A stretch of 64,000 bases of DNA, taken from assembly GCA_963752565.1 (NCBI GenBank), contig CAVVZC010000021.1:64934-128933 (forward strand), read 5' to 3'. This document shows, in pieces, positions 1 through 11,138 of this stretch. The notes under the pieces are model-generated. The model did no database searches. It was not told the DNA's origin and saw only the letters and a list, made by a program, of their open reading frames with translations. This DNA comes from an uncultured delta proteobacterium. GTDB taxonomy: Bacteria > Desulfobacterota > Desulfobacteria > Desulfobacterales > UBA11574. The position numbers and the translations under genes were made by a program. The number at the start of each line of letters is the position of its first letter. Positions within the stretch are counted from its first letter, which is position 1.

Positions 1-114
1 GACAGAAAAGAAGCGGAAAAAGCCCTTTCAACGTTAAACGTAAAAAGTATTGGATCCAAAACGAGATCCAATCCGAAAGTCCTGTCCGATAATCCAAAAC
101 CTGTAAATTCCGAT
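1..114 (+). CDS. partial 3' end of an upstream reading frame (MurE-like C-terminus) that reads in-frame into murF without a stop
   Basis: Hand translation of frame 1 from nt 1 gives DRKEAEKALSTLNVKSIGSKTRSNPKVLSDNPKPVNSD, followed directly by LIPWRVAEII of murF. This frame has no stop. Frames 2 and 3 stop at 35-37 and 90-92. Confidence 0.3.
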
Positions 115-1521
115 TTGATCCCATGGCGTGTCGCTGAAATTATAGAGGCCACCGGAGGACAGTTGTTTTGCGGGAATTTGGCACGCACATTCACCGGAGT
201 TTCCATTGATTCTCGCAGGATATCTACGGACGATCTTTTTATCGCCATTAAAGGGGAGGTTCATGACGGCCACCGTTTTATCAGTCGTGTTATTGAACAA
301 GGTGTCAAAGGATGTATGATCGATCAAAAAAAAACCGACATGCTCTCTAAACCCGAATGGTCAGACACCGGTGTCGTTTGTATCACTGTAGATGATACAA
401 GCAAAGCTCTGGGTGATATGGCAGCGTTTAATAGAAGACGCACGCCAGTTTCGGTTATTGCCATCACAGGCTCGAACGGAAAAACCAGCACCCGTAAAAT
501 GACATCAGGCGTGATTTCCCGTCGGTTTTGCACATTGTCGACCCAGGGGAATTTAAACAATGACATCGGACTTCCCTTAACGCTGCTTAACCTGACCCGA
601 GACCACCAATGGGCTGTTGTGGAGCTGGGAATGAACAGACCCGGAGAGATCGAACGACTGGCTGAAATCTGTTTGCCGGATGTTGGCCTCATTACAAACA
701 TCGGTCCTGCTCACCTTGAAGGATTGGGTTCGGTGGAAGCGGTCATGAAGGCCAAAGGTGAACTGCTGGGAAACATCAAGCCGGACGGTACGGCGATTCT
801 CAATGCAGATGACCCGAGGCTGTTGACACTGGCAGATATCACACCCATAAACATTTTGTTTTTCGGCATGTCCAAAGATGCCGCAATCAGAGCTGAATCT
901 GTTGAGGAAAAAAGGGAAGGGCTCTCTTTCAGCCTGGAGCTGCCTGATGAAACAATTTCCGTTCATCTTAAAACCCCGGCAATGTTTATGATTTCAAATG
1001 CTCTGGCGGCCGCAGCGGCGGGCCATCTTTTGGGTTTAACAGCTGTTGAAATTAAGAACGGACTTGAAGCCTTCAAACCGGTTCAAGGTAGGATGAACAT
1101 CCATAAAACCGGTAAAGGAATCCATATCATCGACGATACGTACAATGCCAATCCAGGTTCAATGGAGGCTGCCATAATCACTCTTGCCTCGTTGAAGGGA
1201 AAGAACAAAGGATTTCTGATTGCCGGCGATATGCTTGAACTGGGAAAACACTCGGCGCCTATGCATCAACAGATAGGCGCTGTTGCCGCCAGATCAGAAA
1301 TTGCCGGTCTTTATGTGACCGGTAAATACGCTGAAGATGTTGCAACAGGTGCTTTGGAAGAACATATGAATCCAGACAATATTTTTAAAGGCACCCGGGA
1401 AGAGATCATAGAGGCTGTAACAGACCGGCTCGATGCTGGCGACTGGGTTCTGGTAAAGGGGTCCAGGGGGATGGCCATGGAAAAAGTTGTTCAAGGTCTG
1501 TTGGCGTGGGCTGATAATTAA
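115..1521 (+). CDS. murF: UDP-N-acetylmuramoyl-tripeptide--D-alanyl-D-alanine ligase
   Basis: 468 aa. Mur-ligase P-loop ITGSNGKTST and DDTYNANP motif. Sits immediately upstream of mraY. The listed start is TTG and the frame stays open to nt 1. Confidence 0.9.
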   Translation: MIPWRVAEIIEATGGQLFCGNLARTFTGVSIDSRRISTDDLFIAIKGEVHDGHRFISRVIEQGVKGCMIDQKKTDMLSKPEWSDTGVVCITVDDTSKALGDMAAFNRRRTPVSVIAITGSNGKTSTRKMTSGVISRRFCTLSTQGNLNNDIGLPLTLLNLTRDHQWAVVELGMNRPGEIERLAEICLPDVGLITNIGPAHLEGLGSVEAVMKAKGELLGNIKPDGTAILNADDPRLLTLADITPINILFFGMSKDAAIRAESVEEKREGLSFSLELPDETISVHLKTPAMFMISNALAAAAAGHLLGLTAVEIKNGLEAFKPVQGRMNIHKTGKGIHIIDDTYNANPGSMEAAIITLASLKGKNKGFLIAGDMLELGKHSAPMHQQIGAVAARSEIAGLYVTGKYAEDVATGALEEHMNPDNIFKGTREEIIEAVTDRLDAGDWVLVKGSRGMAMEKVVQGLLAWADN

Positions 1522-1610
1522 AATAGACATAAGTTTATCACAATTGAAGCAAAAATTTAAACGGGCGTTTAGAAAAATTTTAGCTTCCACCAGAAGAGTA
1601 AAACTAGAGC

Positions 1611-2690
1611 ATGCTGTATCATTTACTATATCCGCTTCATAAGACGCTGTCAGTTTTTAATGTATTCCGATACATTACGTTTAGGACCATCTATGCCAGT
1701 CTGACGGCGTTTTTAATCTGTTTTTTCCTGGGACCTTGGGTGATTCGAAAACTGAGCTATATGCAGATCGGTCAATATGTCAGAGATGACGGTCCGCAGA
1801 CACACCTTAAAAAGGCCGGGACACCGACCATGGGCGGAACGTTGATCATTTTTTCGATTACTGTTTCCACACTGTTGTGGACCAATTTGACCAATTATTA
1901 TGTGTGGATCGTGCTTTTGGTGACTGTTGGCTACGGAAGTATCGGTTTTATTGATGACTATCTCATGCAAATCAAAAAGCAAAGCAAGGGACTGACTGTT
2001 CGAAACAAATTTCTGCTTCAGGCGATTCTGGCTATGGTTACAGGGATTCTGGTCTATGTGAGTCCGGACTTTTCCACCCGTATAACCATTCCGTTTTTTA
2101 AAAACATTTCACCCGATCTTGGGTGGGGATATATACTGTTTGCAGCATTGGTCATTATCGGTACGTCGAATGCAGTCAATATCACTGACGGGCTGGATGG
2201 TCTTGCCATCGGACCGTTTATTATTGCTTCAGCCGCGTACATGGTTTTTGCATATGTGGCCGGGCACGCTAAGATCGCCAATTATTTACAGATCAATTAT
2301 GTGGCGGGAAGTGGGGAGATTGCAATTTTCTGTGGCGCCATGGCCGGTTCAGGTTTGGGATTTTTGTGGTTCAATTCGTATCCTGCACAAATTTTTATGG
2401 GGGATGTGGGTTCCCTATCTCTGGGCGCAGCCATTGGCACTGTGGCGGTGATCACCAAGCAGGAGATACTTCTGGCGCTGGTGGGAGGGCTATTTGTCAT
2501 TGAAACGCTGTCGGTTATTTTTCAGGTCGGTTTCTTCAAAATGACAAATGGTCGCAGAATTTTCCGAATGGCTCCCCTTCATCACCATTTTGAGCTCAAA
2601 GGATGGTCGGAGCCCAAAGTTATTGTTCGATTCTGGATCATCGCAATTGCACTGGCGTTGATTTCCATGAGCACGCTGAAATTAAGATAA
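1611..2690 (+). CDS. mraY: phospho-N-acetylmuramoyl-pentapeptide transferase
   Basis: 359-aa polytopic membrane protein with [13 protein letters not shown] and [11 protein letters not shown] motifs. dcw position between murF and murD. Confidence 0.95.
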   Translation: MLYHLLYPLHKTLSVFNVFRYITFRTIYASLTAFLICFFLGPWVIRKLSYMQIGQYVRDDGPQTHLKKAGTPTMGGTLIIFSITVSTLLWTNLTNYYVWIVLLVTVGYGSIGFIDDYLMQIKKQSKGLTVRNKFLLQAILAMVTGILVYVSPDFSTRITIPFFKNISPDLGWGYILFAALVIIGTSNAVNITDGLDGLAIGPFIIASAAYMVFAYVAGHAKIANYLQINYVAGSGEIAIFCGAMAGSGLGFLWFNSYPAQIFMGDVGSLSLGAAIGTVAVITKQEILLALVGGLFVIETLSVIFQVGFFKMTNGRRIFRMAPLHHHFELKGWSEPKVIVRFWIIAIALALISMSTLKLR

Positions 2691-2787
2691 TTAAATGGGG
2701 TGATGGGTAAGAGGTGATGGTCAACAGGTTAAGGGATAATAATAACAAAACTATAAACGGGAGCCTATTATTTATAACCTGTAACCC

Positions 2788-4227
2788 ATGACCTATTACC
2801 TGGTTGATTATATGGATCTTCATCAAAAAAACATTCTTATCGTCGGTCTTGGCATATCCGGTATGGCCACAGCACGATTCGCCAAAAACAAAGGAGGGAT
2901 CGTGACGATAACCGATATTGCCAAAGAAGACGCCCTGGCCGACTATTTACCTGAGGTGCGTAAAATAGATGTTAGGACCGAACTGGGAGATCATAACACA
3001 GAGACTTTTGAGAAAGCTGATCTTATCATTGTCAGTCCCGGGGTTCCCCATACCATTTTTCCCATTGAACGGGCCAAAGAAAAGGGCATTCCGGTATTAG
3101 GGGAAATAGAGCTTGCTTCACGATATATCCGGGAGCCTATTGTCGCCATATCCGGTACCAACGGTAAAACAACAACAACACGGCTTTTGGGCCATATGAT
3201 GGAAAATTCCGGGTTTAAGGTCTTTGTGGGCGGGAATATCGGCAACCCATTGATCGATTATGCCCGCAGGGGAAAAAAGGCAGACATTGTTGTGGCTGAA
3301 GTCAGCAGTTTTCAGCTCGACACCATCGATACGTTCAGACCCCGGGTCAGTGTCCTATTGAACATCAGTGCGGATCATCTTGATCGATATCCAGACTTTG
3401 AATCTTATGTAAGGTCCAAAGGCCGCATTTTTAAAAACCAGGCTGAAGGCGATACAGCAGTGATAAATGGTTCTGATCCCTCTATTTCCTTAATCAGCAA
3501 AACGCTTGGAACCCGTGTACTGCCCTTTTATCATCAGGACAATTTTCATACTAAAAACCGAGAATATGCCGTCATCAGCAGAAGAAATGGACAAAATGCA
3601 CCGATGATCAATATTTTTACAAAAGAAGACCCCGAAGGTGTTTTCGATCTTTCGCAGGTAGATCTTTTGGGACGGCACAATATGGAAAATGTCGCGGCAG
3701 CGGCTTTGGCAGCTCTGGCCGCCGGTGGGACCTCGGAAGGAATTCAATCCGCATTAAACGATTTTAAAGGGCTTTCCCATCGTCTGGAATTTGTCAAAAT
3801 CGTCAACGGTGTTCACTTTTACGATGATTCAAAGGGAACAAACATCGATGCAGTGGCCAGAGCGCTTGAAGTTTTCGATAAACCGGTGGTTCTAATTATG
3901 GGCGGGCGTGATAAAGGTGGAGACTTTAAACAACTGCAAGGGCTAGTGAAACAACATACGAAAAAACTGATTGTTATGGGCGAAGCAGGAAATGTCATCA
4001 AATCGGTTCTTGGAGGTTCGTGTCAGGAGGGGGCCCAAAATGCATCCACAATGGAGAATGCCGTGATTTTAGCGTATCTTGCGGCATCGCCCGGGGATGT
4101 GGTGCTCTTGTCTCCCGGTTGTTCCAGTTTTGACATGTACAGCAGTTATGCAGAGCGGGGGGAAGAATTTTGTAAGGCGGTTGAAAATCTTGAAAATTCA
4201 GATCGGAATATAACGCATGGCCAGTGA
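2788..4227 (+). CDS. murD: UDP-N-acetylmuramoylalanine--D-glutamate ligase
   Basis: 479 aa. N-terminal ILIVGLGISG and P-loop ISGTNGKTTT. An alternative ATG at 2812 (MDLHQKN) is plausible. Confidence 0.9.
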   Translation: MTYYLVDYMDLHQKNILIVGLGISGMATARFAKNKGGIVTITDIAKEDALADYLPEVRKIDVRTELGDHNTETFEKADLIIVSPGVPHTIFPIERAKEKGIPVLGEIELASRYIREPIVAISGTNGKTTTTRLLGHMMENSGFKVFVGGNIGNPLIDYARRGKKADIVVAEVSSFQLDTIDTFRPRVSVLLNISADHLDRYPDFESYVRSKGRIFKNQAEGDTAVINGSDPSISLISKTLGTRVLPFYHQDNFHTKNREYAVISRRNGQNAPMINIFTKEDPEGVFDLSQVDLLGRHNMENVAAAALAALAAGGTSEGIQSALNDFKGLSHRLEFVKIVNGVHFYDDSKGTNIDAVARALEVFDKPVVLIMGGRDKGGDFKQLQGLVKQHTKKLIVMGEAGNVIKSVLGGSCQEGAQNASTMENAVILAYLAASPGDVVLLSPGCSSFDMYSSYAERGEEFCKAVENLENSDRNITHGQ

Positions 4228-5371
4228 CAAACAAGAAAAACAAAACGTTCGCAAACAGCCCATGCAATACGATATTGCGCTATTATTCCCGGTATTGTTC
4301 CTGGTGGGAATCGGTATTGTCATGGTCTACAGCGCGAGCTCGGCACTGGCCCTGAAAAAGTTCGGAACGAGTTATTATTTTTTAAAAAAACAATCCATTT
4401 TTGCGTTGTTGGGTATTGTTGTACTGGTCATCAGTTGCCATATTCCATATCACATTTTTCGTTCTTTGACATATCCATTGCTTATCCTGGCCGCTATGCT
4501 TCTTTTTGCGATTCTTATTTCCGGATTCGGATATTCGGCAGGGGGGGCAAAACGGTGGTTTAGCATTGCCGGCTTTACGTTTCAGCCTTCTGAATTTGCC
4601 CGTTTTGTGCTGGTTATTTTTCTGGCGTATTCAATGAACAAAAAAATGAATCGAATTAAGGAGTTTAAGGTTGGTTTTTTGCCCCATGTATTGGTCCTGT
4701 GCATGTTTGCGGTTCTGATCATGTTACAGCCCGACTTCGGCTCTGTGGTTATTTTTGCTGCCATTACTTGGATCATGCTTTTTGTCGGTGGGGTTCGTAT
4801 CTCATATCTACTGGGATCGCTGGTCTTGGTCATCCCCATCATCTACTATTTAATGGTCAGTGCCGATTATCGGATAGAGCGCATCATGTCTTTTATGAAT
4901 CCGTGGCAATATTCTGCAGATAAAGGCTACCAGGTCGTCCATTCTCTATTGGCCTTCGGTACAGGGGGAATATGGGGCAGCGGCATCGGCAAGGGCTATC
5001 AGAAACTGTTTTATCTCCCTGAACCTCACACCGATTTTATATTTTCGGTCATTGGAGAAGAACTCGGCCTAATAGGGGTTTTGATTATTCTGGGACTTTA
5101 TACCGTGATTTTGTGGAGGGGAATATCCATTGCCAGAAACAGCAGAGATGTTTTCGGATCATTATTGGCCATCGGCCTTACAACGGCAATAGGTTTGCAG
5201 ATTTGTGTCAACATGGGGGTAGCTTTAGGACTCCTTCCGACCAAAGGGCTTACGCTGCCATTTTTAAGTTATGGCGGCACATCCCTTTTGATGAACATGG
5301 TGTCCATCGGGGTGCTGATGAACATCGGTGCAATGAAAAAGGTTCGTAAACGAGTGGCCAGTGACAGATAG
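4217..5371 (+). CDS. ftsW: SEDS-family peptidoglycan glycosyltransferase / lipid II flippase FtsW
   Basis: 384-aa multi-TM protein with FQPSEFARF and LPTKGLTLPFLSYGGTS motifs. Overlaps the murD stop by 11 nt. Confidence 0.9.
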   Translation: MASDKQEKQNVRKQPMQYDIALLFPVLFLVGIGIVMVYSASSALALKKFGTSYYFLKKQSIFALLGIVVLVISCHIPYHIFRSLTYPLLILAAMLLFAILISGFGYSAGGAKRWFSIAGFTFQPSEFARFVLVIFLAYSMNKKMNRIKEFKVGFLPHVLVLCMFAVLIMLQPDFGSVVIFAAITWIMLFVGGVRISYLLGSLVLVIPIIYYLMVSADYRIERIMSFMNPWQYSADKGYQVVHSLLAFGTGGIWGSGIGKGYQKLFYLPEPHTDFIFSVIGEELGLIGVLIILGLYTVILWRGISIARNSRDVFGSLLAIGLTTAIGLQICVNMGVALGLLPTKGLTLPFLSYGGTSLLMNMVSIGVLMNIGAMKKVRKRVASDR

Positions 5372-5383
5372 CAAACGGCAATT

Positions 5384-6547
5384 ATGGATCAAGACGATAA
5401 AAAAAGGAGGGCAAAAAAAACAGTTTGTCCGTTGCAAAAGGCACCGCAAACCCTTCGAGTCGTCATTGGAGGAGGTGGGACCGGCGGCCATCTTTTTCCT
5501 GGAATTGCCATTGCTCAGGAGTTTCTGGCAAAAAACGCTGAAAACACTGTCTTGTTTGTGGGTACAGGGAAGCCGTTTGAAATTTCGATTTTGTCGGAAA
5601 CCGGTTTTGCCCATAGGCGCATTACCGCCGAGGGTTTCAAGGGGCGAGGCGTTTGGAATCAGATTGTCTCGATCTCGAAAGTACCCAAAGGGGTCATTGA
5701 ATCGATTTTGATCCTTAAAGGCTTTAAACCGCATATAGTGATTGGCGTTGGTGGATACTCCGCAGGGCCTTTGGTCATGGGCGCCTGGCTTTTGGGAATT
5801 AAAATTGTTTTGCATGAGCAGAATATTCTGCCGGGGATCACCAATCGAATTCTTTCGCGCTTTGCAGACCGGATATATGTTTCGTTTGCAGAAACGATAA
5901 TGGGCGTGACACCTAAAAAAATCCGGTTTACCGGAAATCCGGTGAGAAAAGAAATTGTTCAATGCGCAGAGACGTTAAAAAATACAGGTATCAAGGCGTC
6001 GAAAAAAGAGAAAAAATTCACGATCCTGATACTGGGCGGAAGCCAGGGGGCTCACAGTATAAATATGGCGCTTTTGGAAGCTCTTGAATACCTTGAAAAT
6101 AGAGAAAATATATTCTTTGTTCACCAAACCGGCGCCCAGGATGAAACACAGGTAAAGCAAAGGTATGACGAACACGGCATTGAAAACGATACGCGGGCAT
6201 TTTTCAAGGACATGGCCCGTCAGTATCAAAGCGCCGATTTCATTATATGCCGTGCAGGGGCAACCACCGTGGCGGAAATCAAAGCCATTGGGAAGGGGGT
6301 TATTTTTATTCCGTTTCCTTTTGCGGCAGATAACCATCAGGTATTAAACGCCCGATCTCTTGAAAAGGCAGGGGCTGCCGAGATGATTCTTGAAAAAGAC
6401 CTCAGCGGTAAAATCCTTGGAGAACGAATCAATTATTATGTTCAACGGCCCGAAGCCCTGCAACAAATGTCGTCACGGTCCAGGGATCTTGGACGTGTCG
6501 ATGCGGCAGCGATGATTGTCGATGATTGTTATGAGTTGATTTCTTAA
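5384..6547 (+). CDS. murG: UDP-GlcNAc:undecaprenyl-PP-MurNAc-pentapeptide GlcNAc transferase
   Basis: 387 aa. GGGTGGHLFPG motif and dcw order. Confidence 0.9.
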   Translation: MDQDDKKRRAKKTVCPLQKAPQTLRVVIGGGGTGGHLFPGIAIAQEFLAKNAENTVLFVGTGKPFEISILSETGFAHRRITAEGFKGRGVWNQIVSISKVPKGVIESILILKGFKPHIVIGVGGYSAGPLVMGAWLLGIKIVLHEQNILPGITNRILSRFADRIYVSFAETIMGVTPKKIRFTGNPVRKEIVQCAETLKNTGIKASKKEKKFTILILGGSQGAHSINMALLEALEYLENRENIFFVHQTGAQDETQVKQRYDEHGIENDTRAFFKDMARQYQSADFIICRAGATTVAEIKAIGKGVIFIPFPFAADNHQVLNARSLEKAGAAEMILEKDLSGKILGERINYYVQRPEALQQMSSRSRDLGRVDAAAMIVDDCYELIS

Positions 6548-6635
6548 TTATGAATTTTGTGAATTCTTACTTGTAACTTTTTCGGCTTATCCGGATTAGG
6601 TTAGTCAAACCAATAAAACGAATTGAACCAAACAT

Positions 6636-8003
6636 ATGTTTCTTAAAAAATACCATATTCACTTTGTGGGAATCGGCGGTATCGGAATGAGCGGAATTGC
6701 CGAACTTCTGCTCAACCTCGGCTATAAAGTGTCCGGATCTGACATCAGTTCTTCAGACATTACCCGGCGCCTGGAAAGCCTTGGCGGTATCATATTTAAA
6801 GGTCATTCCGAAGCACAGATTCTCGGTGCTGACGTTGTTGTCATATCATCAGCCGTCGGCCCTGAAAATCCTGAAGTTGTTGCAGCAGGTAGAGCGTCAA
6901 TCCCGGTCATACCCAGAGCGGAGATGCTGGCGGAACTGATGCGTTTAAAATACAGTGTGGCCATTGCCGGTGCACACGGGAAAACATCCACCACGTCGAT
7001 TGTCGCCGCCGTGCTGGGTAAAGGAGGGCTTGATCCGACGATCGTTATTGGTGGGAAACTCAAAAGTATCGATTCCAATGCGTTGCTTGGAGAAGGGGAT
7101 TTCATCGTTGCAGAAGCAGATGAAAGTGACGGTTCTTTTCTGAAAATCTCCCCGACCATCGCTGTGGTAACCAATATTGATCGAGAGCATCTCGATTTTT
7201 ATCGGGATCTGGAACACATCAAGGACGTTTTTTTGAGCTTTATTGAAAAAATACCGTTCTATGGCCTGGCGGTTCTTTGTTTGGACAATGAGCCCATCCA
7301 GTCGCTTATCCCGAAAATTCATAAACGGTTTACAACCTATGGAATGAGTACACAGGCAGATCTTAAGGCAAGAGATGTGGTTTTTGAAGGGTTAAAAAGC
7401 AGGTTTAAGGTGGATCATCTTGGAACATCTTTGGGAGAGATCACCTTAAATCTTCCGGGGATCCATAATGTATACAACGCTCTGGCAAGCATCGCCGTAG
7501 GCATCGAACTCGATATACCCTTTGACGTGATAAAATCTGCGCTTCAAACTGCGGAAGGCGTTCAACGGCGACTGGAAATTAAAGGAGAGAAGAAGGGGAT
7601 TACTGTTGTTGATGATTACGGTCATCATCCCACGGAGATTAAGGCTACGCTTCAGGCCGCAAGGAAAAGCTGGCCGGACAGGCGTATTGTGGTGGTGTTC
7701 CAGCCACATCGCTATACCAGAACCCAGGCGCTGTTTGAAGACTTTACCCGTGCGTTCTACGAGTCGGACCTTCTCGTCGTTCTTCCCATTTATGCCGCCG
7801 GAGAAGAAAAGATAGATGGTGTCGAGGGGTTTGCATTGTTTGAAGAAATCCAGCGTCATGGGCATAAGGGTGTCGTCTATGTGGAAAATCTTGAAACAGC
7901 GGTTTCGCATCTGAAAACAATTTCAGCGTCGAATGATATTATCCTTACACTGGGGGCAGGAGATGTTTGGAAAGTTGGCGAAATGTTGTTGAAAGAGTTG
8001 TGA
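6636..8003 (+). CDS. murC: UDP-N-acetylmuramate--L-alanine ligase
   Basis: 455 aa. [14 protein letters not shown]-terminus and P-loop [11 protein letters not shown]. Confidence 0.9.
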   Translation: MFLKKYHIHFVGIGGIGMSGIAELLLNLGYKVSGSDISSSDITRRLESLGGIIFKGHSEAQILGADVVVISSAVGPENPEVVAAGRASIPVIPRAEMLAELMRLKYSVAIAGAHGKTSTTSIVAAVLGKGGLDPTIVIGGKLKSIDSNALLGEGDFIVAEADESDGSFLKISPTIAVVTNIDREHLDFYRDLEHIKDVFLSFIEKIPFYGLAVLCLDNEPIQSLIPKIHKRFTTYGMSTQADLKARDVVFEGLKSRFKVDHLGTSLGEITLNLPGIHNVYNALASIAVGIELDIPFDVIKSALQTAEGVQRRLEIKGEKKGITVVDDYGHHPTEIKATLQAARKSWPDRRIVVVFQPHRYTRTQALFEDFTRAFYESDLLVVLPIYAAGEEKIDGVEGFALFEEIQRHGHKGVVYVENLETAVSHLKTISASNDIILTLGAGDVWKVGEMLLKEL

Positions 8004-8009
8004 AAGGAC

Positions 8010-8969
8010 ATGACGGTTGTGGCGCTTGACTCGGATTCAATCAAATGGCTTGAAAGCCGTTTTAAAAATAACGTCAAATTTGGTGAACCGATGTCCAGGC
8101 ACACATCGTTGCGCGTCGGCGGGCCGGCCGAGGCTTTTGTAACACCTGAAAATGTTGAAGATCTAGAAATGCTGGTCAAATGGTCGTGGGATAGAGGGCT
8201 TTCTTATCTGATCATCGGCAAGGGCACCAATCTTCTGGTCAAAGACAACGGCATCCATGGCATCGTCATTGTGTTGACAAAGTGTTTGAGGAAAATTGAT
8301 CAGACCGATACGAACACCGACGGGGTGATTGTTAGGGCTATGGCAGGCGCAAATCTGAAAACCCTGTGTGCTTATGCACTGAAACAAGGCCTGGAAGGCA
8401 TGAATTTTGCCCTTGGCATTCCCGGAACGGTTGGCGGAGGCATTATTATGAATGCCGGAACGTCTCATGGTTCCATGGAAAATGTGCTTAAATCCATAAA
8501 TGTTCTTTTGCCCACAGGCCATACACGCAGAATTAAAAAAGAAGCGCTCGATTTTAATTATCGGAAGCTTTCATGGAGACCAGAGTTGACGGATGGTTAT
8601 CGCGATCAAACGGTTATATTGAACGGTCGATTCTGTCTTTGTCCTTCGGATTCCGAAACACTCAGAAAAACGGCTCGAGAAATTATAAGAGCACGCAAGC
8701 AAAGGCAGCCCATTGGTTTACCGAGTGCGGGATGTTTTTTTAAAAATCCGGCATCCGGAGAAACCGCCGGAAAACTTATTGAGATGGCCGACCTGAAAGG
8801 AAAATCCGTTGGCGGCGCAGAAATTTCATCAAAACATGCCAACTTTTTTATCAACCGGCATAAAGCATCAGCCGCCGACTTTCTGGCGCTGATGGATCTA
8901 TCTGAAAAAGTTGTATTAAAAAAGTTCAATATTCATCTGGAAAGAGAGGTTAAGGTTGTTGGTGCGTAA
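8010..8969 (+). CDS. murB: UDP-N-acetylenolpyruvoylglucosamine reductase
   Basis: 319 aa. FAD-binding N-terminus (LRVGGPAEAF) and SAGCFFKNP motif. Confidence 0.9.
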   Translation: MTVVALDSDSIKWLESRFKNNVKFGEPMSRHTSLRVGGPAEAFVTPENVEDLEMLVKWSWDRGLSYLIIGKGTNLLVKDNGIHGIVIVLTKCLRKIDQTDTNTDGVIVRAMAGANLKTLCAYALKQGLEGMNFALGIPGTVGGGIIMNAGTSHGSMENVLKSINVLLPTGHTRRIKKEALDFNYRKLSWRPELTDGYRDQTVILNGRFCLCPSDSETLRKTAREIIRARKQRQPIGLPSAGCFFKNPASGETAGKLIEMADLKGKSVGGAEISSKHANFFINRHKASAADFLALMDLSEKVVLKKFNIHLEREVKVVGA

Positions 8970-9810
8970 ACGCATACGAAAAAATTATTATAAAAACAGC
9001 GGCGCTAGAAAACGCAATAAGATTCTAAAGCGTTTTGTCTTCGGTATAAAACTAACGGCTGTTGGAACAGCGTTGGTGTTTGTCAGCCTGCTTTTTGTTT
9101 TTAGTTACGACTTCTTAACCCAGTGCGATTATTTCAAGGCTCAAGGATTGATGGTTATCGGTACACACCGACTCACACAAAACCAGGTTTTGAAACAGGC
9201 CAATATCACGAACGGCGTCAATATTTTTTCAGTTAATCTCTCTAAGGTTCGAAAGCGACTGCTTGCGCATTCATGGATTGATGATGCAGAAGTCCGCAGA
9301 GAACTTCCTTCGGGAATCAATATCAGGATAAAGGAACAAAAGCCCCTTGCCGTTCTTGACCTTGGCCGAAAATTTATCATCAATACCCATGGTGAAATAT
9401 TCAAAGAAATGGATAAGGCAGACCAGTGTAATTTGCCCATGATCAGCGGGCTTGAATTTTCAGACATTAATGTGAAGGGCGAGTTAAGAAGCATTCCATT
9501 TGATGCTGTTATGAAGATATTAGGGCTTGGGCAAAAACCTGAAAGTGTTCTACCCCACAGCCTAATAAAGAGAATCCACGTGGATCGCGAAATGGGCCTT
9601 TCCATTTATGCCTTCGATCACATCAGAGAAATAAAAATCGGATACAATAATTACCCGGATAAGTATGCCATGCTAAAAGATGTTCTTTTTTATCTGAAAA
9701 AGAATGGTGGGTTTTCACGCCTCGAATCAATTGATCTTAATAATTTGAATCGTATCGTTGTCAATCCTGCGAAAATAGAATCCGCTGCCAAGGGTCATAA
9801 GGAGGTTTGA
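8956..9810 (+). CDS. ftsQ: cell division protein FtsQ/DivIB (POTRA domain)
   Basis: 284 aa. Basic N-tail and a single TM segment (LTAVGTALVFVSLLFVF). Lies between murB and ftsA. The start is ambiguous (TTG 8956, TTG 8959 or GTG 8962). Confidence 0.8.
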   Translation: MLVRKRIRKNYYKNSGARKRNKILKRFVFGIKLTAVGTALVFVSLLFVFSYDFLTQCDYFKAQGLMVIGTHRLTQNQVLKQANITNGVNIFSVNLSKVRKRLLAHSWIDDAEVRRELPSGINIRIKEQKPLAVLDLGRKFIINTHGEIFKEMDKADQCNLPMISGLEFSDINVKGELRSIPFDAVMKILGLGQKPESVLPHSLIKRIHVDREMGLSIYAFDHIREIKIGYNNYPDKYAMLKDVLFYLKKNGGFSRLESIDLNNLNRIVVNPAKIESAAKGHKEV

Positions 9811-9811
9811 A

Positions 9812-11038
9812 ATGCAGGGACAGGAAAATATTATTGTCGGGCTGGATATCGGAACGACGAAAATATGTGCCGTGGTCGGTGAAATAACAGGAGATAAAAT
9901 AAATATTATCGGTATTGGAACACATCCCTCCATCGGACTTCGAAAGGGTGTTGTCGTAAATATTGAGTCCACCGTAGAATCGATTCAAAAGGCGATTGAA
10001 GAGGCGGAACTTATGGCGGGCTGTGAAATTTCATCCGTATATGCCGGGATCGCAGGTGGTCATATCACCGGTTTTAACAGTCGCGGAATCGTAGCAATCA
10101 AGGGGCCGGAAGTGGGCCAGCAAGATGTAGACCGGGTCATAGATGCTGCACGTGCCGTTGCAATTCCCATGGATCGTGAGGTCATTCATGTGATTCCACA
10201 GGAATTCATGATCGACGAACAGGGTGGAATTCAGAATCCTGTGGGTATGTCCGGTGTGCGCCTGGAAGCCAAGATTCACATTGTGACCGGTGCGGTAACA
10301 TCTGCACACAACATTGTGAAAAGTGCCAATCGGTCAGGCCTTGATGTCTGTGATATCGTTCTGGAACCGCTTGCTTCAGGAGAAGCGGTATTGACCGGTG
10401 AGGAAAAAGATCTGGGTACGGCCCTTATGGACCTCGGCGGCGGCACGAGCGATCTCGCCATTTTTTCAGGAAAAAATATCAAACACACATTTGTTCTGTC
10501 ACTTGGCGGTAACAACCTGACAAACGATATCAGTATCGGTTTACGTGCATCCATGGCCGACGCTGAAAAGATCAAGAAAAAATACGGTACATGCATCCCC
10601 AGGAACGTCAGTGCCGACGAAACCGTCGATGTCCCCGGAATGGGTGGGCGTAAACCCAGAAAACTTCAACGGCAGATCCTCGGTGAAATACTTGAACCAC
10701 GTATGGAAGAGATCTTTTCGCTGATAAAAAGAGAAATCTCCAGGGCTGGAATGGAAAAAATTATTACTTCCGGTGTCGTTCTAACCGGTGGGACATCCCT
10801 TTTAGAGGGCGTAACGGATATTGCGGAGTCGGTTTTCGATCTGCCAACCCGACTGGGCACGCCCAGGGGGATTAGCGGTCTCACGGATGTCGTCAATAAT
10901 CCCATGTATGCCACAGGTGTCGGACTCGTATTATACGGCGCCAGAAATCAACCAAAAAAGAAATTTAGGATTCGTGACACAAATATTTTCAACCGTGTCA
11001 TGACCCGGATGAAAAGATGGTTTAAGGAGGTTATATGA
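9812..11038 (+). CDS. ftsA: cell division protein FtsA
   Basis: 408 aa. Actin-like ATPase motifs VGLDIGTTKICAVVGE and DLGGGTSD. Confidence 0.95.
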   Translation: MQGQENIIVGLDIGTTKICAVVGEITGDKINIIGIGTHPSIGLRKGVVVNIESTVESIQKAIEEAELMAGCEISSVYAGIAGGHITGFNSRGIVAIKGPEVGQQDVDRVIDAARAVAIPMDREVIHVIPQEFMIDEQGGIQNPVGMSGVRLEAKIHIVTGAVTSAHNIVKSANRSGLDVCDIVLEPLASGEAVLTGEEKDLGTALMDLGGGTSDLAIFSGKNIKHTFVLSLGGNNLTNDISIGLRASMADAEKIKKKYGTCIPRNVSADETVDVPGMGGRKPRKLQRQILGEILEPRMEEIFSLIKREISRAGMEKIITSGVVLTGGTSLLEGVTDIAESVFDLPTRLGTPRGISGLTDVVNNPMYATGVGLVLYGARNQPKKKFRIRDTNIFNRVMTRMKRWFKEVI

Positions 11039-11138
11039 AATGAGTGGGTATGGAATCAGCAGGTATGCATCGAAGCGGACAAGGGGATCGCTCGAAATTG
11101 AAAAATAAAAGCAAATTATTTTACAGGAGGTGGGGGAA

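Noticed and set aside
8004-9810. Absence of a ddl gene between murC/murB and ftsQ
   Set aside because: The position of ddl in dcw clusters varies among lineages. murB directly before ftsQ is a common arrangement, so this is not an anomaly by itself.
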